A stretch of DNA of 64,000 nucleotides from SAR202 cluster bacterium AC-647-P02_OGT_505m (GTDB lineage Bacteria > Chloroflexota > Dehalococcoidia > Lucifugimonadales > UBA826): the NCBI GenBank assembly GCA_009391195.1, contig VEXB01000004.1:6665-70664 (forward strand), given 5' to 3'. Under the pieces are notes generated by a model. The model was not told the DNA's origin, ran no database searches, and saw only the letters and a program-made list of their open reading frames with translations. Numbering within the stretch: the first letter of the stretch is position 1; every line of letters begins with the position of its first letter. Shown piece by piece: positions 11,161 to 20,965 of this stretch. Position numbers and translations under genes: made by a program.

Positions 11161-12719
11161 AGAGGTATGCTCCCGTGCTTTTTGGGGGGTAGAGTTTCTC
11201 TTTTGTTTTCTAACATCTGTAGAGCTCTTATTATTTTTCTCCTAGTTTTGGAAGGCTCTATAACGTCATCGATGTATCCTCTACTAGCAGCGATATATGG
11301 ATTCATGAGGCTATTCTCATATTCATTGACTAATTCTTTTCGTTTTTCCTCAGCATCTTCGGAATCCTTGAGAATGGACCTGTGGATAATGTTAACTGCA
11401 CCCTCCGCACCCATTACTGCTACCTGCCCCGTTGGCCATGAGTAATTCACGTCACCTCGCAGACTTTTGCTACTCATTACGATGTATGCGCCTCCGTATG
11501 CTTTACGGGTGAGAACGCTTATCTTCGGCACGGTAGCTTCCGCATAAGCAAATATTAATTTTGCACCGTGTCTTATTATTCCGCCATGTTCTTGGGATGT
11601 GCCAGGTAGGAATCCTGGCACATCTATAAAGGTTATGATTGGTATGTTAAAAGCGTCACAAAATCTGACAAAGCGTGCGGCTTTTACGGAAGCATCTATA
11701 TCCAAAACTCCGGCAAATTGATTCGGCTGCTGAGCCACTATTCCAACAGTGTTTCCATTCATTCTTGAAAACCCTACAAGAACGTTTCCTGCAAAATTCT
11801 GATGAACTTGCATAAAGTTTTTTGAGTCCACCACGGCTTCAATTACATCTAGCATGTTGTAAGGGTGGTTGGAATTATCTGGAATAATGGTATTAAGTGA
11901 CTCATCATCCCTTTCAGGATCGTCTGTGGAGACTATGGGAAGGGGGTTTTCCATGTTGTTTTGAGGTAGGAAACTAAGAAGTTCCCTTACTCGTAAGATG
12001 CAATTGTTTTCATTGTCATCCAGAAAATGGGCAACTCCACTTTTCGCTGTATGAGCTTCCGCTCCTCCGAGTTGTTCGTGAGAGACTTCTTCACCAGTAA
12101 CCGACTTTATGACATCAGGGCCAGTTATATACATCTGGCCTACGCCTTTTACCATAAATATGAAATCTGTTAGGGCAGGGGAGTAGGTTGCGCCACCAGC
12201 CGCAGGACCGAGCATGACTGATATTTGAGGAATGACCCCTGAAGCTAGTACGTTTCGGTTGAATATGTCGCCGTACCCCGCGAGGCTGTCAATTCCTTCC
12301 TGGATTCGTGCTCCCCCTGAGTCGATAAGACCTACGATGGGTGCCCCGTTTTCCATGGCCATATCCATGACTTTACATATCTTATTGGCAACTACTTCAG
12401 AGAGGGAGCCCCCAAAAACCGTGAAATCTTGAGAGTATACGAATGTAAGTCTTCCGTTTACCTTACCGTACCCGGTGACAACAGCGTCACCAAGGTATTG
12501 TTGCTTGTCGAGACCGAAATTCGTGGAGCGATGGATTACAAAAGGATCAAGCTCTTCGAAGGACCCTGGGTCAAGGAGAAGATCTAAGCGTTCTCTTGCC
12601 GTAAGCTTTCCGCGGCTGTGTTGTGCTTCAATCCTTCGAGTCCCTCCTCCTTGAAGGCTTTTTTCTCGGAGTTGCAACAGTTCATCTCTTTTCTGTTCAG
12701 TTGGTCCTTGAGATGTCAT
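11157..12719 (-). CDS. Acyl-CoA (propionyl/methylmalonyl-CoA) carboxyltransferase subunit (PccB/MmdA/12S-like)
   Basis: [42 protein letters not shown]; ATG at 12719 has a GGAG RBS. Confidence 0.94.
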   Translation of the reverse strand: MTSQGPTEQKRDELLQLREKSLQGGGTRRIEAQHSRGKLTARERLDLLLDPGSFEELDPFVIHRSTNFGLDKQQYLGDAVVTGYGKVNGRLTFVYSQDFTVFGGSLSEVVANKICKVMDMAMENGAPIVGLIDSGGARIQEGIDSLAGYGDIFNRNVLASGVIPQISVMLGPAAGGATYSPALTDFIFMVKGVGQMYITGPDVIKSVTGEEVSHEQLGGAEAHTAKSGVAHFLDDNENNCILRVRELLSFLPQNNMENPLPIVSTDDPERDDESLNTIIPDNSNHPYNMLDVIEAVVDSKNFMQVHQNFAGNVLVGFSRMNGNTVGIVAQQPNQFAGVLDIDASVKAARFVRFCDAFNIPIITFIDVPGFLPGTSQEHGGIIRHGAKLIFAYAEATVPKISVLTRKAYGGAYIVMSSKSLRGDVNYSWPTGQVAVMGAEGAVNIIHRSILKDSEDAEEKRKELVNEYENSLMNPYIAASRGYIDDVIEPSKTRRKIIRALQMLENKRETLPPKKHGSIPL

Positions 12720-12852
12720 TAAAATTCTCCAAAATTTTGCGTCACATCCCATCAAAAATATCAGATAATAGGGAAGTGTTACAAGGAATCTATATCCCAT
12801 GTGGCATGAGTTTAAAGAAGTCGTTAAGTATGTGTGACAGGGAGAATCTATT

Positions 12853-13662
12853 TTGTTGTGGGGTGATAAAACCTATGTCATGGGTATATTGAATACAACT
12901 CCGGACTCTTTTTCTGGTGATGGCACAGGATTAGATGTACGTCACGCGGTGGAAAAAGGTATTGAATTTGTAAAAGAGGGGGCGGATATTCTTGACGTCG
13001 GAGGTATGTCTACGAGGCCGTCGTCTATGTACGGAACTGTCGATGTGGTATCTGAGGAAGAGGAAATATGTAGGATACTTCCTGTTGTAAGGTTGCTAGT
13101 ATCCGAAGTTGATGTGCCCATTAGTATCGATACTTACAGATCATCGGTAGCTACTGTAGCTCTCTCAGAAGGGGCGACAATCGTTAATGATATATGGGGA
13201 TTAAAGAAGGATCCTTCTATGTCTTCTCTCGTCGCAGAATCTGGTGCATATATTGTACTGATGCACAACACAGGTGATCCTAGGTATGAAGACGTTGTAT
13301 CTGACGTGATATCCGACCTAGAGGGTACTGTTGCAAAGGCGATTAAGTGTGGAGTAGATCCTACTAAGATCATTATTGACCCAGGAATAGGATTTGCAAA
13401 GAATTCCGAGCAGAACCTGGAGATCATTAGGCGGCTAGGTGAATTTAAACGATTGGGTTACCCGATTCTAATTGGAACCTCCAGAAAATCTACTATCGGG
13501 ACAGTTTTAGACCTTCCTGTAGATCAGAGACTTGAGGGGACCGCAGCAACTGTAGCCTTGTCGATAGCAAATGGAGCTGATGTTATACGTGTTCATGATG
13601 TTAAAGAAATGTCACGGGTTGCTACTATGGCGGATGCGGTTGTGAGAGGTTGGAGTCACTAA
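12853..13662 (+). CDS. folP: Dihydropteroate synthase
   Basis: [30 protein letters not shown]. Confidence 0.95.
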   Translation: MLWGDKTYVMGILNTTPDSFSGDGTGLDVRHAVEKGIEFVKEGADILDVGGMSTRPSSMYGTVDVVSEEEEICRILPVVRLLVSEVDVPISIDTYRSSVATVALSEGATIVNDIWGLKKDPSMSSLVAESGAYIVLMHNTGDPRYEDVVSDVISDLEGTVAKAIKCGVDPTKIIIDPGIGFAKNSEQNLEIIRRLGEFKRLGYPILIGTSRKSTIGTVLDLPVDQRLEGTAATVALSIANGADVIRVHDVKEMSRVATMADAVVRGWSH

Positions 13663-13667
13663 CTGTC

Positions 13668-14159
13668 ATGGGTCTAAATGGAGATGTATATATTGGTCTG
13701 GGTTCTAATATTGGAGACCCTGTTAAAAATTTGAAATCGGCTATCTCAGCTATTGCAGAAATATCAGATTTTCTGGTTCCTTCGAGCGTTTACGTGTCCT
13801 CGGCTGCTGGATTTACAAGTCAGCCCAATTTTTTTAATGCGGCCTGCAAAATTGGCACTACTTTAAGTCCATTCGAGTTGTTGCATTCTCTTTTATTGAT
13901 TGAAAATCAGTTGGGGCGAAGCAGGGCATTTGTAAATTCCCCTCGTCTAATAGACTTAGATATTCTTCTATGGGGTGATCTGAGACTAGAAGCACCACAT
14001 CTTAGAATTCCTCATCCACGTCTTCACGAACGTGGCTTTGCTCTTGCTCCTTTACTGGAAATTGACTCTTCGTTGGTACATCCATATTCCCATATTGAAT
14101 TGAGGGATTTTTATGAACGGCTACCAGCGGCTGAAAAACCTTTGGCGCTAATAGTATGA
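13668..14159 (+). CDS. folK: 2-amino-4-hydroxy-6-hydroxymethyldihydropteridine diphosphokinase
   Basis: YIGLGSNIG, PRLIDLDIL, IPHPRLHERGF; start uncertain (13650 or 13668). Confidence 0.93.
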   Translation: MGLNGDVYIGLGSNIGDPVKNLKSAISAIAEISDFLVPSSVYVSSAAGFTSQPNFFNAACKIGTTLSPFELLHSLLLIENQLGRSRAFVNSPRLIDLDILLWGDLRLEAPHLRIPHPRLHERGFALAPLLEIDSSLVHPYSHIELRDFYERLPAAEKPLALIV

Positions 14160-14175
14160 GAGTTGTCGACTATCC

Positions 14176-14361
14176 CTACGCGCCTCCCGAGTCGGGACTA
14201 AGAAAATTTGGGATTCCATCCTTTACAGGGAAAAAGAGACCGCACGTGTCGCATATTAGTCGTCCATTAACTATTTCTGCTGCACCTTCTTCATCGGATT
14301 CAATTCTTAGATCTCCCTTACAGTCGGGGCAAGCCAATATTTCTAAAATTTCCTTATTCAT
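14176..14361 (-). CDS. Trm112-family (YcaR-like) small protein
   Basis: LEILACPDCKG...L.C..C...FPVKDGIP pattern. Confidence 0.88.
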   Translation of the reverse strand: MNKEILEILACPDCKGDLRIESDEEGAAEIVNGRLICDTCGLFFPVKDGIPNFLSPDSGGA

Positions 14362-14393
14362 CGCCTTATAACCATCCGGTTTCATTCACTTCA

Positions 14394-14897
14394 TTATCCA
14401 ACAGTAACTTCATACATAGACCGCAGCACGCTTGAAAGTAGATAAACTATTAAACCTAAAACGATAACCAGGTTATAACCAGCTAGTAGTCGCAATATGT
14501 TTCGCTTAGGGTTTCTGGGAAAATTTTGGATTGATCTGTAATTCCATGCTGTGTGCCTTTTGGCCCTTATTAGATAAAACATGACAGTGACCAGTGATAG
14601 CTTAATTCCAAGTACTATTAGATAGTTCACCCCTAATGTCCCCGGAGTTAGTCGCTCAAATGTCATCACAGCCCCAGTTGCTAGCAAGACGAACAGACAT
14701 GTGTCTACTAATGTTCGGAACTCTGCGGATACATTTTTGTTGATTCTAGAGTCACTGACACCATTTTTTTTCACAGCGGGTCTCAGTACTACAAGCCAGA
14801 ATATGCCTCCCCCAATCCAGGCGGAAGCAGATACAAAATGTGCCCATCTCACCGCTATATGAAACCACGATGCCAAGTCCAAATTAAGGTTTCTCAA
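14394..14897 (-). CDS. CopD-like four-helix membrane protein
   Basis: RWAHFVSASAWIGG motif and four hydrophobic segments. Confidence 0.6.
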   Translation of the reverse strand: MRNLNLDLASWFHIAVRWAHFVSASAWIGGGIFWLVVLRPAVKKNGVSDSRINKNVSAEFRTLVDTCLFVLLATGAVMTFERLTPGTLGVNYLIVLGIKLSLVTVMFYLIRAKRHTAWNYRSIQNFPRNPKRNILRLLAGYNLVIVLGLIVYLLSSVLRSMYEVTVG

Positions 14898-15420
14898 TCT
14901 TTAGTAGAGTATCTATAATTTTCCTCAATTGTTCTGCTTTTATTTCTCCCTGCCAACTCTTGTATATGTTTCTTTCTGAGTCAATGAATACTGTGGTTGG
15001 GAATCCAGTTACACCATAGTCAACCGCTATGGAACCGTCATTGTCAGGGCCCACAGCGTAGCTTATAGCTGACTCCGTTACAAAATCACTTCCATCAGAC
15101 ACAGAATCTAGCCCAATCAGTTGAATACCGACTATGTCCACTTTATCTCTGTATAGTCGATAAACCGAATCTATGTCTGGCATTTCTTTGACACAGGGCG
15201 GACATGAAGGGAACCAAAAGTTTAGGATCAGTGGTTTCTTAGAGTTGTCGTCGAGGTTAAATGTAGTCCCTTCTTTGTAAAATTTGGTTTCGTATGTGGT
15301 GATTGAAAAATAGGGAGCTTTTGGATTTACAAGTTGAGACTGGCAAGCAACACAGAGGAAAAAAAGAGTGGTTGCAAGTAGCAAACCATATGTATGGAAG
15401 TAATTAAAAATACGCATCAT
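14884..15420 (-). CDS. TlpA/ResA-family thiol-disulfide oxidoreductase, probable lipoprotein
   Basis: LNFWFPSCPPCVKEMP, GFPTTVFID; N-terminal hydrophobic stretch with VAC lipobox. Confidence 0.88.
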   Translation of the reverse strand: MMRIFNYFHTYGLLLATTLFFLCVACQSQLVNPKAPYFSITTYETKFYKEGTTFNLDDNSKKPLILNFWFPSCPPCVKEMPDIDSVYRLYRDKVDIVGIQLIGLDSVSDGSDFVTESAISYAVGPDNDGSIAVDYGVTGFPTTVFIDSERNIYKSWQGEIKAEQLRKIIDTLLKIEKP

Positions 15421-15443
15421 TGAATAAGTATTAGGCCCCGTGG

Positions 15444-16688
15444 TTAGAGCGTATTTGATTGGGAGTGTTCGGATATTAATAATTTACCCTTATTAAGTAG
15501 GATTTCTCTTTTTTCACCCGTAACCCCTCTTTCTGTTAGGTAGGTTTCTAAAGCTTCTAAGGGTTCTATTTTTTCGGAAAAATTCTTTCCCAAACGATTT
15601 CTTGACTCGCTTATCAAGTTTTTTCTAATAGTTGCGACAAGGTGACTTTCTTCTAGAGAAGTTCTTATTAATCTTTCATCGATCTCTTGGTATTTTGACG
15701 CTGGTGTGTCGATCAAAACCTGAACTATGGCTTCGCGTACATCGTAATTAGTAATTTCATTAATAACGGTTTGTGTAGGGTTTGAGTCGCTATCGGTTAT
15801 GGTTGATTTTATAGTTAAGAACTTTCTGGCGTTAACCTCTACGAATTTATATGACTGTTCTCTTTTGCCGGGTGATTCACTTGGATCTAAATCTATTACA
15901 CAGAATCCCTTTGTGTCTTTTTCCTCTCCAAAATCAATCCTTTGTAGACTTCCAGGATACACAACGCGAGGGGTAATATTTAGTTCCTGATGTCTGTGTA
16001 TGTGTCCCAACGCTACGTAGTCAAATTGTGGCAGTGCTATGGAGCTTTTCAGAAGTAAGTAATCTTTTCCCAACATCATTGATATCTCTGAACTGGTTTT
16101 GGCGGAATCTACAGAGAGGTGGCCTGCTAAAACGGCCGGTATCGATGGGTCCAAGGCTTCTGCATTACTCTGAATTGCCTGGGTCAGAAGAGTTTCTATC
16201 GATTCATTTAATTTGGAGGGGTCGTTTTCCCCGATTCCCAGTGATGACATGAATTGTCCCTTTCTTATCCAGGGAACTGACACGATCTGTAGAGGTCCGC
16301 TTCGCGTTTCTACCAAGTGTGTTTTAAGGGTATCTCCAGTGTGAACATTTCCCACCCCCAAGGTTGGAAATATATCGAGCGCAGTGGCCGGACCAGGAAT
16401 ATTAGGAGCATCGTGATTGCCAGCTAAAAGAAACACCTGGATATCATTAGTGGCTAGTCGTGATATACGGGCAGCAAATTCTCTTTGATGTGTCTGGCTA
16501 GGGTTGCGACTTTTGTACGCGTCACCACAGAATAGAACTATGTCAGCCTGATGAGAAATAGAATAGTCGACAACTTCATCCAAGGTGTTCAAAAAATCTT
16601 GGAGCCGACTTGATGTTTTCGTTACTGGATCGGGACGACCATAATTTTCGACCCCAATATGTACATCGGCTGTGTGTACGATTAGCAT
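15444..16688 (-). CDS. sbcD: SbcD/Mre11-family nuclease
   Basis: HTADVHIG, GD, GNHD, ALGHIH, YPGSLQRIDFGE. Confidence 0.9.
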   Translation of the reverse strand: MLIVHTADVHIGVENYGRPDPVTKTSSRLQDFLNTLDEVVDYSISHQADIVLFCGDAYKSRNPSQTHQREFAARISRLATNDIQVFLLAGNHDAPNIPGPATALDIFPTLGVGNVHTGDTLKTHLVETRSGPLQIVSVPWIRKGQFMSSLGIGENDPSKLNESIETLLTQAIQSNAEALDPSIPAVLAGHLSVDSAKTSSEISMMLGKDYLLLKSSIALPQFDYVALGHIHRHQELNITPRVVYPGSLQRIDFGEEKDTKGFCVIDLDPSESPGKREQSYKFVEVNARKFLTIKSTITDSDSNPTQTVINEITNYDVREAIVQVLIDTPASKYQEIDERLIRTSLEESHLVATIRKNLISESRNRLGKNFSEKIEPLEALETYLTERGVTGEKREILLNKGKLLISEHSQSNTL

Positions 16689-16703
16689 CTACTCGTATTC
16701 TCC

Positions 16704-18047
16704 TCAGTTGCCAATCAATAGACTAGAAATCTCCCCTGCCAAGTTTGCAATCGAGACTCTCTTTTGATTCATAGAGTCTCGTTCTCTGATTGTGACACAA
16801 TCATCATCTAATGAATCAAAGTCAACGGTCACACATAACGGGGTACCAATCTCATCCTGTCTTCGGTATCTGCGTCCAATACTTTGAGCATCGTCAAATT
16901 GGACATTTCCTCCAATTAGGCGGCTTTTTCGAATATTGTCGTAAACCGACTTAGCGAGTGGAACAAGTTTTTCATTTCGGCTCAAGGGCAAAACGGCGAC
17001 TTTTATCGGTGCAATGGAGGGATCCAATTTAAGTAGTACTCTGGTTTCCGTTTTACCGGATGCTGCAGTTGTCTCTTCTTCAGTATAGGCATCGACCAAA
17101 AGGGTCATAACAGCTCTATCTACTCCGAGCGAAGGCTCTATGACGTAGGGTATTACATGTTGGCCAGAGGCTTCATCAAAATATGTCAATTTTTCTCCGC
17201 TCATTGTCATATGAGCTTTAAGATCAAAATCTGTTCTATTGGCTATCCCTTGGATTTCTCCCCATCCCCACGGGAATTTATACTCAATATCGTATGTTGC
17301 TTTAGCGTAATGTGAGAGTTCTTCATCTTCATGTTTTCTTAATCTGAGATTTTCAGGTGTAACCCCAATATCGGTATACCAGTTCATGCAATCCTGCATC
17401 CATTGTTCATGAACTGGTTCATCTTCTCCCGGCATGACGAAGTATTCAATCTCCATCATTTCAAATTCTCTTGTTCTGAAGATAAAATTTCCGGTGGTTA
17501 TCTCATTCCGAAATGACTTGCCTATTTGGGCCACACCAAAGGGTAATTTCTTCCTTGTAGAAGTGAGAATATTGCTAAAATTTACGAAAATCCCCTGAGC
17601 TGTTTCGGGTCTGAAATAGACTATCGCGGCTTCTTCTTCAACTGGCCCCATGTGGGTCTTGAACATCATGTGAAAAAGCCTTGGATCTGATAATTCTCCA
17701 CCACATTCGGGGCATGTTACTGAGTCAATATGATCTTCTCTGAACCTTTTGTTGCATTGCAAACATTCAACTAAAGGATCTGTGAAGTTTTCTAGGTGGC
17801 CACTGGCTCGCCAGGCGTCAGGATGCATGAGTATGGCAGCGTCTAGGCCGACAACGTCATCTCGTTCCCAGACCATGGCTTTCCACCACGAGTCTTTCAC
17901 GTTCCTTTTAAGTTCTGCTCCAAGAGGACCATAATCCCAGGTACTTGCCAAGCCACCATAAATCTCACTGCTCTGAAAAATAAAGCCCCTCCTTTTACAG
18001 AGAGATGTCAGTTTTTCTATATCAATGGCAGAGGTGCTGTCGGACAT
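16704..18047 (-). CDS. glyQS: Glycine--tRNA ligase (homodimeric alpha2 type)
   Basis: RPETAQGIF, GKSFRNEI, FRTREF, IEPSLG, IGRRYRRQDEIG. Confidence 0.96.
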   Translation of the reverse strand: MSDSTSAIDIEKLTSLCKRRGFIFQSSEIYGGLASTWDYGPLGAELKRNVKDSWWKAMVWERDDVVGLDAAILMHPDAWRASGHLENFTDPLVECLQCNKRFREDHIDSVTCPECGGELSDPRLFHMMFKTHMGPVEEEAAIVYFRPETAQGIFVNFSNILTSTRKKLPFGVAQIGKSFRNEITTGNFIFRTREFEMMEIEYFVMPGEDEPVHEQWMQDCMNWYTDIGVTPENLRLRKHEDEELSHYAKATYDIEYKFPWGWGEIQGIANRTDFDLKAHMTMSGEKLTYFDEASGQHVIPYVIEPSLGVDRAVMTLLVDAYTEEETTAASGKTETRVLLKLDPSIAPIKVAVLPLSRNEKLVPLAKSVYDNIRKSRLIGGNVQFDDAQSIGRRYRRQDEIGTPLCVTVDFDSLDDDCVTIRERDSMNQKRVSIANLAGEISSLLIGN

Positions 18048-18211
18048 ATTGGACTCCGTGTAAGTGGCTGAGATACAAAAATTGTATCAGATTCCTAGCT
18101 ATATACAGGCTTGCTATTATCTTCTACTAGAGGTTGTGTTGAGAGGGTTTTAAAGTAGAATCAACGACGGCATTTTGAGTAGGTATGAACATACAAAAGG
18201 GAGTATGAATT

Positions 18212-18898
18212 ATGAAAATTATTTTAGCGGGGATTGAGTATGTAGGTACAACGACGTTGGCTAATCTGCTCTCGGACTGGAAAAAAGAGACTATGGGGGA
18301 TCCATTTTATATGGACCTCATACACGACCATTCCAAACTTCCGCATACGTCAGGACATCCTGATGACACAACGCTTGAAGAGCAGGAGCAGGTTTTAGCT
18401 CTCTCGCCAAAGCTAAAAGAGATGTACCACCGATATGGAATGTATTATCACATTCACCATTATGCTCAGGAGGATGATCTCACTGTAGGGTTCCATATAG
18501 AGGAATCAATTTATGCTCGACGTTACTTCCACTATGGACTACCTGGTGATCAATTTGATAGGGAAAAAGTGTTTGACCAAGTTGAGAATCGGATAAAGCA
18601 AATCACTTCCGATCCGATAATTATTGTTCATATGACAGCTGCCCCCGAAATAATTTCAGAGCGAATGAAAGAGCTATCAAATCATCCGGCACATTCGAAT
18701 AGCCCTTTGACTCAGGCTGATATTCCCGAAGTTCTTTCTGAATACGAAAGATTGGTTGAGAAATCTTCAATCGGACCTGTTATTAAAGTTGACACATCAA
18801 ATGAAAATCCAAATCAAACATTAAATAGAGTTACCTCATTACTTGAGCAATATTTCACGGAGAGTGACAGGGATAGAATAGCTGCTTTTAAAGTCTGA
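18212..18898 (+). CDS. Hypothetical protein with nucleotide-kinase-like P-loop fold and degenerate Walker A
   Basis: N-terminal GIEYVGTTT, HIEESIY, C-terminal IKVDTS; GGGAG RBS. Confidence 0.6.
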   Translation: MKIILAGIEYVGTTTLANLLSDWKKETMGDPFYMDLIHDHSKLPHTSGHPDDTTLEEQEQVLALSPKLKEMYHRYGMYYHIHHYAQEDDLTVGFHIEESIYARRYFHYGLPGDQFDREKVFDQVENRIKQITSDPIIIVHMTAAPEIISERMKELSNHPAHSNSPLTQADIPEVLSEYERLVEKSSIGPVIKVDTSNENPNQTLNRVTSLLEQYFTESDRDRIAAFKV

Positions 18899-18925
18899 AA
18901 AATCGGTGGACACTTATGGAAATTA

Positions 18926-18957
18926 GAAGGCAATCAAATTCATATTTGATTGCCTTC
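18926..18957. terminator. Hairpin between convergent genes
   Basis: 14-bp inverted repeat GAAGGCAATCAAAT / ATTTGATTGCCTTC. Confidence 0.7.
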
Positions 18958-18975
18958 GCATGTCAGTGACGATAA

Positions 18976-19629
18976 TTATCTTTCGTTGACGTTTCCCCAG
19001 GAATCCCAATAAGTTACTTCCTCTACCGCCTGTCTTTTTGGCTGTGACCATTTACCCTTATCTGGATAACCTAGTGGTATCAGAGCCATCGTGGTGGCAT
19101 CATCAGGTATACCGAGTAGATTCTTTACATCTTCTTCATGCCCCGCATACAGTGTAGTCAAAGTGGACCCAATGCCATATGCCCTTGCAGCCAGCATTAA
19201 ATTTTGAACTGCACCATAAATTGAGGAACCTGTTCTAGGATTCCTCGAATCACTCGTATTACGAAGCGTCCCAATAATCCAGATAGGTGCGTCTTGTATG
19301 TGATTCGCCAGATATTCAGCGCTCAAATAATTCCTCGGGCCTAAAGTGTCTGAAGAATCGGATCGATCCATTATGGCCTGACGACGCTTTCCATAAGCGA
19401 GATGCCAACCTTCTCGATACCATTCAGATATCTGATTTTTCTTCTCCTGATCCTTTAATATTATCCAGTTCCATCCTTGGCTATTTCCGCCCGAAGGAGC
19501 TCTGATAGCGGCATCTAAAAGTTCCCAAATTATCTCGTTCGGGATCTCCTTTTTGGAAAGATATCTCCGTGCTGGAGTCGAGTGCAGTGCCTCAAAGACA
19601 TTAAGTGAGGCAATAGTTTGATCAACCAT
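18976..19629 (-). CDS. Nitroreductase-family flavoprotein
   Basis: RAPSGGNSQGW, QNLMLAARAYGIG, IPLGYP. Confidence 0.9.
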   Translation of the reverse strand: MVDQTIASLNVFEALHSTPARRYLSKKEIPNEIIWELLDAAIRAPSGGNSQGWNWIILKDQEKKNQISEWYREGWHLAYGKRRQAIMDRSDSSDTLGPRNYLSAEYLANHIQDAPIWIIGTLRNTSDSRNPRTGSSIYGAVQNLMLAARAYGIGSTLTTLYAGHEEDVKNLLGIPDDATTMALIPLGYPDKGKWSQPKRQAVEEVTYWDSWGNVNER

Positions 19630-19670
19630 ATGTATAGTCCTCTATAAGTTATGTGGGTTTAATCGGGTTT

Positions 19671-20720
19671 TCAGAGAGATAATCTTGGCTTTACCTTTGT
19701 GCAGAATAGTCGTAATGATTCCTCTACTATAGATTCTGGTAGGTCTTCGCCCGCATTGAATTCCGCTGCGATACTGTCTAGGCCAAGTTCTTCAATCATT
19801 CTACTTAGTTGATCTGCAACTTTCTCTGGGTCTCCAACCGCAACTTTTTCCCCCTGAATAGTTTCCCAGCGAATTTCTGCAAGCCGACTACTCCTCTCAG
19901 ATCTTTCCGTTCCTGAATCCGCGGTTTCTTTTCCCACGGATGACCCAAGTTGTGAGCCTAATCGATGAAATTGCTTCATGAAACTGGTTTCAGAATTTTC
20001 TAACGCTTTTTTTGTGGACTCTGCCACATGAACTGGTACCCGTAATGACACGCTTCCATTGCTATGTCCATTTCTGGCTAATGCTTCACGATAAGTTTTT
20101 ACCTGAGCTGATACATCGGCAAGAGTTAGGCCTCTAACTCCAACGAAAATGGGCATGCCCATTTCACCTAGTAGAGGAAACGTTTCGGAGGTTGTGGCAG
20201 CCACTCTCATCGGGGGATGCGGCTTTTGAAATGGCTTCGGCGTAAGGCAAACATCTTCATATTGGTGAAATTTGCCGGAATATGAAAACCTATCTTTCGT
20301 GAAGGCCTCCTGAATTATTTCGAGAGATTCAAAGAATCTTTCTCTGCTCTCTCCGTAAGAAATGTTGTAACCCTCGTATGCTCCAGGCAACCCACTCCTA
20401 CCGATTCCGAATTGAAATCTTCCTTCACTTAGATGGTCCAGAGTAGCCACTTCCTCCGCTATTCTAAGGGGATTACCAAGTGGGAGTACCTGTACGGCAG
20501 TACCAATATTGATCCTCTCTGTTTTACCAGAAATGGCGGCAGCTACTATTAGTGGGGCGGACAAAACGGATCTTGAAGGATTGAAGTGGCTTTCGGCTAA
20601 CCAAACCGTATCCAGACCAAGCTTTTCTGCTATATCTATGTGATTAAATGCTTCCTGAAAGTCGGCATTTTGACTGCGACCCTCTCTTGCATGGAATTCC
20701 ATAAAGGAACCGAATTCCAT
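19671..20720 (-). CDS. Luciferase-like (LLM) flavin-dependent monooxygenase
   Basis: WLAESHF, PLRIAEEVATLDHLSEGR, PKPFQKPHPP. Confidence 0.92.
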   Translation of the reverse strand: MEFGSFMEFHAREGRSQNADFQEAFNHIDIAEKLGLDTVWLAESHFNPSRSVLSAPLIVAAAISGKTERINIGTAVQVLPLGNPLRIAEEVATLDHLSEGRFQFGIGRSGLPGAYEGYNISYGESRERFFESLEIIQEAFTKDRFSYSGKFHQYEDVCLTPKPFQKPHPPMRVAATTSETFPLLGEMGMPIFVGVRGLTLADVSAQVKTYREALARNGHSNGSVSLRVPVHVAESTKKALENSETSFMKQFHRLGSQLGSSVGKETADSGTERSERSSRLAEIRWETIQGEKVAVGDPEKVADQLSRMIEELGLDSIAAEFNAGEDLPESIVEESLRLFCTKVKPRLSL

Positions 20721-20965
20721 AATTCCCCCTTAGTTACTTTGTCGTGTAGTGCAAGAGAATAGGTTGCGTGCTCATTGACGTCAAGATCACAAGGCAAATT
20801 TGATCAAAGTCAGAGGTTCAACCGACAAGGGAATGGGCATTACTTTACAAAGTTGGGACAGGGCTGTTAATTCAGTGACTCTTCACTTTTAGTGCTAAAA
20901 TTTTCCCTTACGATGCCTGTATTAGACTAAGTACCAAATAGAAATATCAGCAGGAGTATGAGGGG

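Noticed and set aside
12853-14159. Missing folB between folP and folK as a novel folate route
   Set aside because: folB or a substitute is often encoded elsewhere; absence cannot be judged from one window.
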